Assembly (NCBI GenBank): GCA_964016885.1
Contig: OZ024745.1
Coordinates: 80,476,001-80,540,000 of the forward strand
Origin: Eledone cirrhosa
Lineage: Eukaryota
Length of the DNA: 64,000 nucleotides
Direction of reading: 5' to 3'
Notes under the pieces: generated by a model
Told to the model about the DNA's origin: nothing
What the model saw: only the letters and a program-made list of their open reading frames with translations
Database searches by the model: none
Made by a program: the position numbers and the translations under genes
Shown: positions 63,220-64,000 of the stretch, piece by piece
Layout of the letters: each line of letters starts with the position of its first letter
How positions within the stretch are numbered: the first letter of the stretch is position 1

Positions 63220-64000
63220 GTAAAACCTGATACTTCTTCTTTTATTATTGAAAATGTACTAGAAATATAGACTTAGAAACATTTCTCTCTCTCTTTCTCT
63301 TGTGCACACTCACATAACATGTGTGAGTGCATACGCATATATAACACACACACACAAAACACCCACCCACATACATGCCAACACACACAAAACATACTGA
63401 TACAAACATACAAAACATGCTGACATTTGGTATAGTTTCTACAGCTGGATGCCTTTCCTATCATCAATCACCTTACAGGGTGTACTCGATGCATTTTATT
63501 GTGGTACCAGTTCTAAGGAAGTTGTTGGGTATTGACTCAACTGAAGAGACTTCTTTACCCTATGGGGCTGGGGGTGGATATGTATGATGTAATTGGTAAT
63601 AATGGGATGGAGTGGGGAAAATGACTGTATAATGTCAAAAGTGGCACCAACACTAGAGAGGTTGTTGCTTGTTCATCTAGATTGAAGAAAGTGAACTGCT
63701 GAACTGGACATTTGACACAGTGTGAATGGAACTGGACTGGACATTGGATACAATCACAATGGTGCTGGACATTGGACACACTATGAGGTCAGCCCCAGCA
63801 CAATGTCACCAAACTGGAAAAGAAGGGATATATGTTTCATAATGAATAAAGAAAATATGGAAGAAAATTATCATAATTAATTTAAATGAAAGTAAGGTTA
63901 AATACAGCAATGACTTTAAATCTCTGAAAACTAATTTGTGTTTGTAAAACTGTTCACATCTAAATTAAAATCTCAACCATTTTTATTATATGAAAAAAAA

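Overview
AT-rich, repeat-dense animal DNA. The SINE/RTE/microsatellite content looks octopus/cephalopod-like (inference). The + strand carries 17 internal coding exons of a CLEC16A (FPL/Ema/GOP-1 family) gene from 13912 to 63219. All have GT-AG boundaries with consistent phases; the first exon and the 3' exons lie outside the window. The introns hold two long, oppositely oriented, disabled RTE-clade LINEs with complementary lesions, tRNA-derived SINEs, non-autonomous Helitrons, hAT and piggyBac-like MITEs, Tc1/mariner and other LINE fragments, and satellites. The most notable signal is a set of (TA)n-embedded inverted-repeat (fold-back) elements carrying Penelope-type minimal hammerhead ribozyme motifs. 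One has an intact canonical core on the pre-mRNA sense strand, and two otherwise dissimilar copies share a non-canonical CCGANGA core. There is also a candidate 9-nt neural-type microexon with a neighbouring 93-nt cassette exon in the 14-kb intron. All calls were made by eye; repeat boundaries are approximate.
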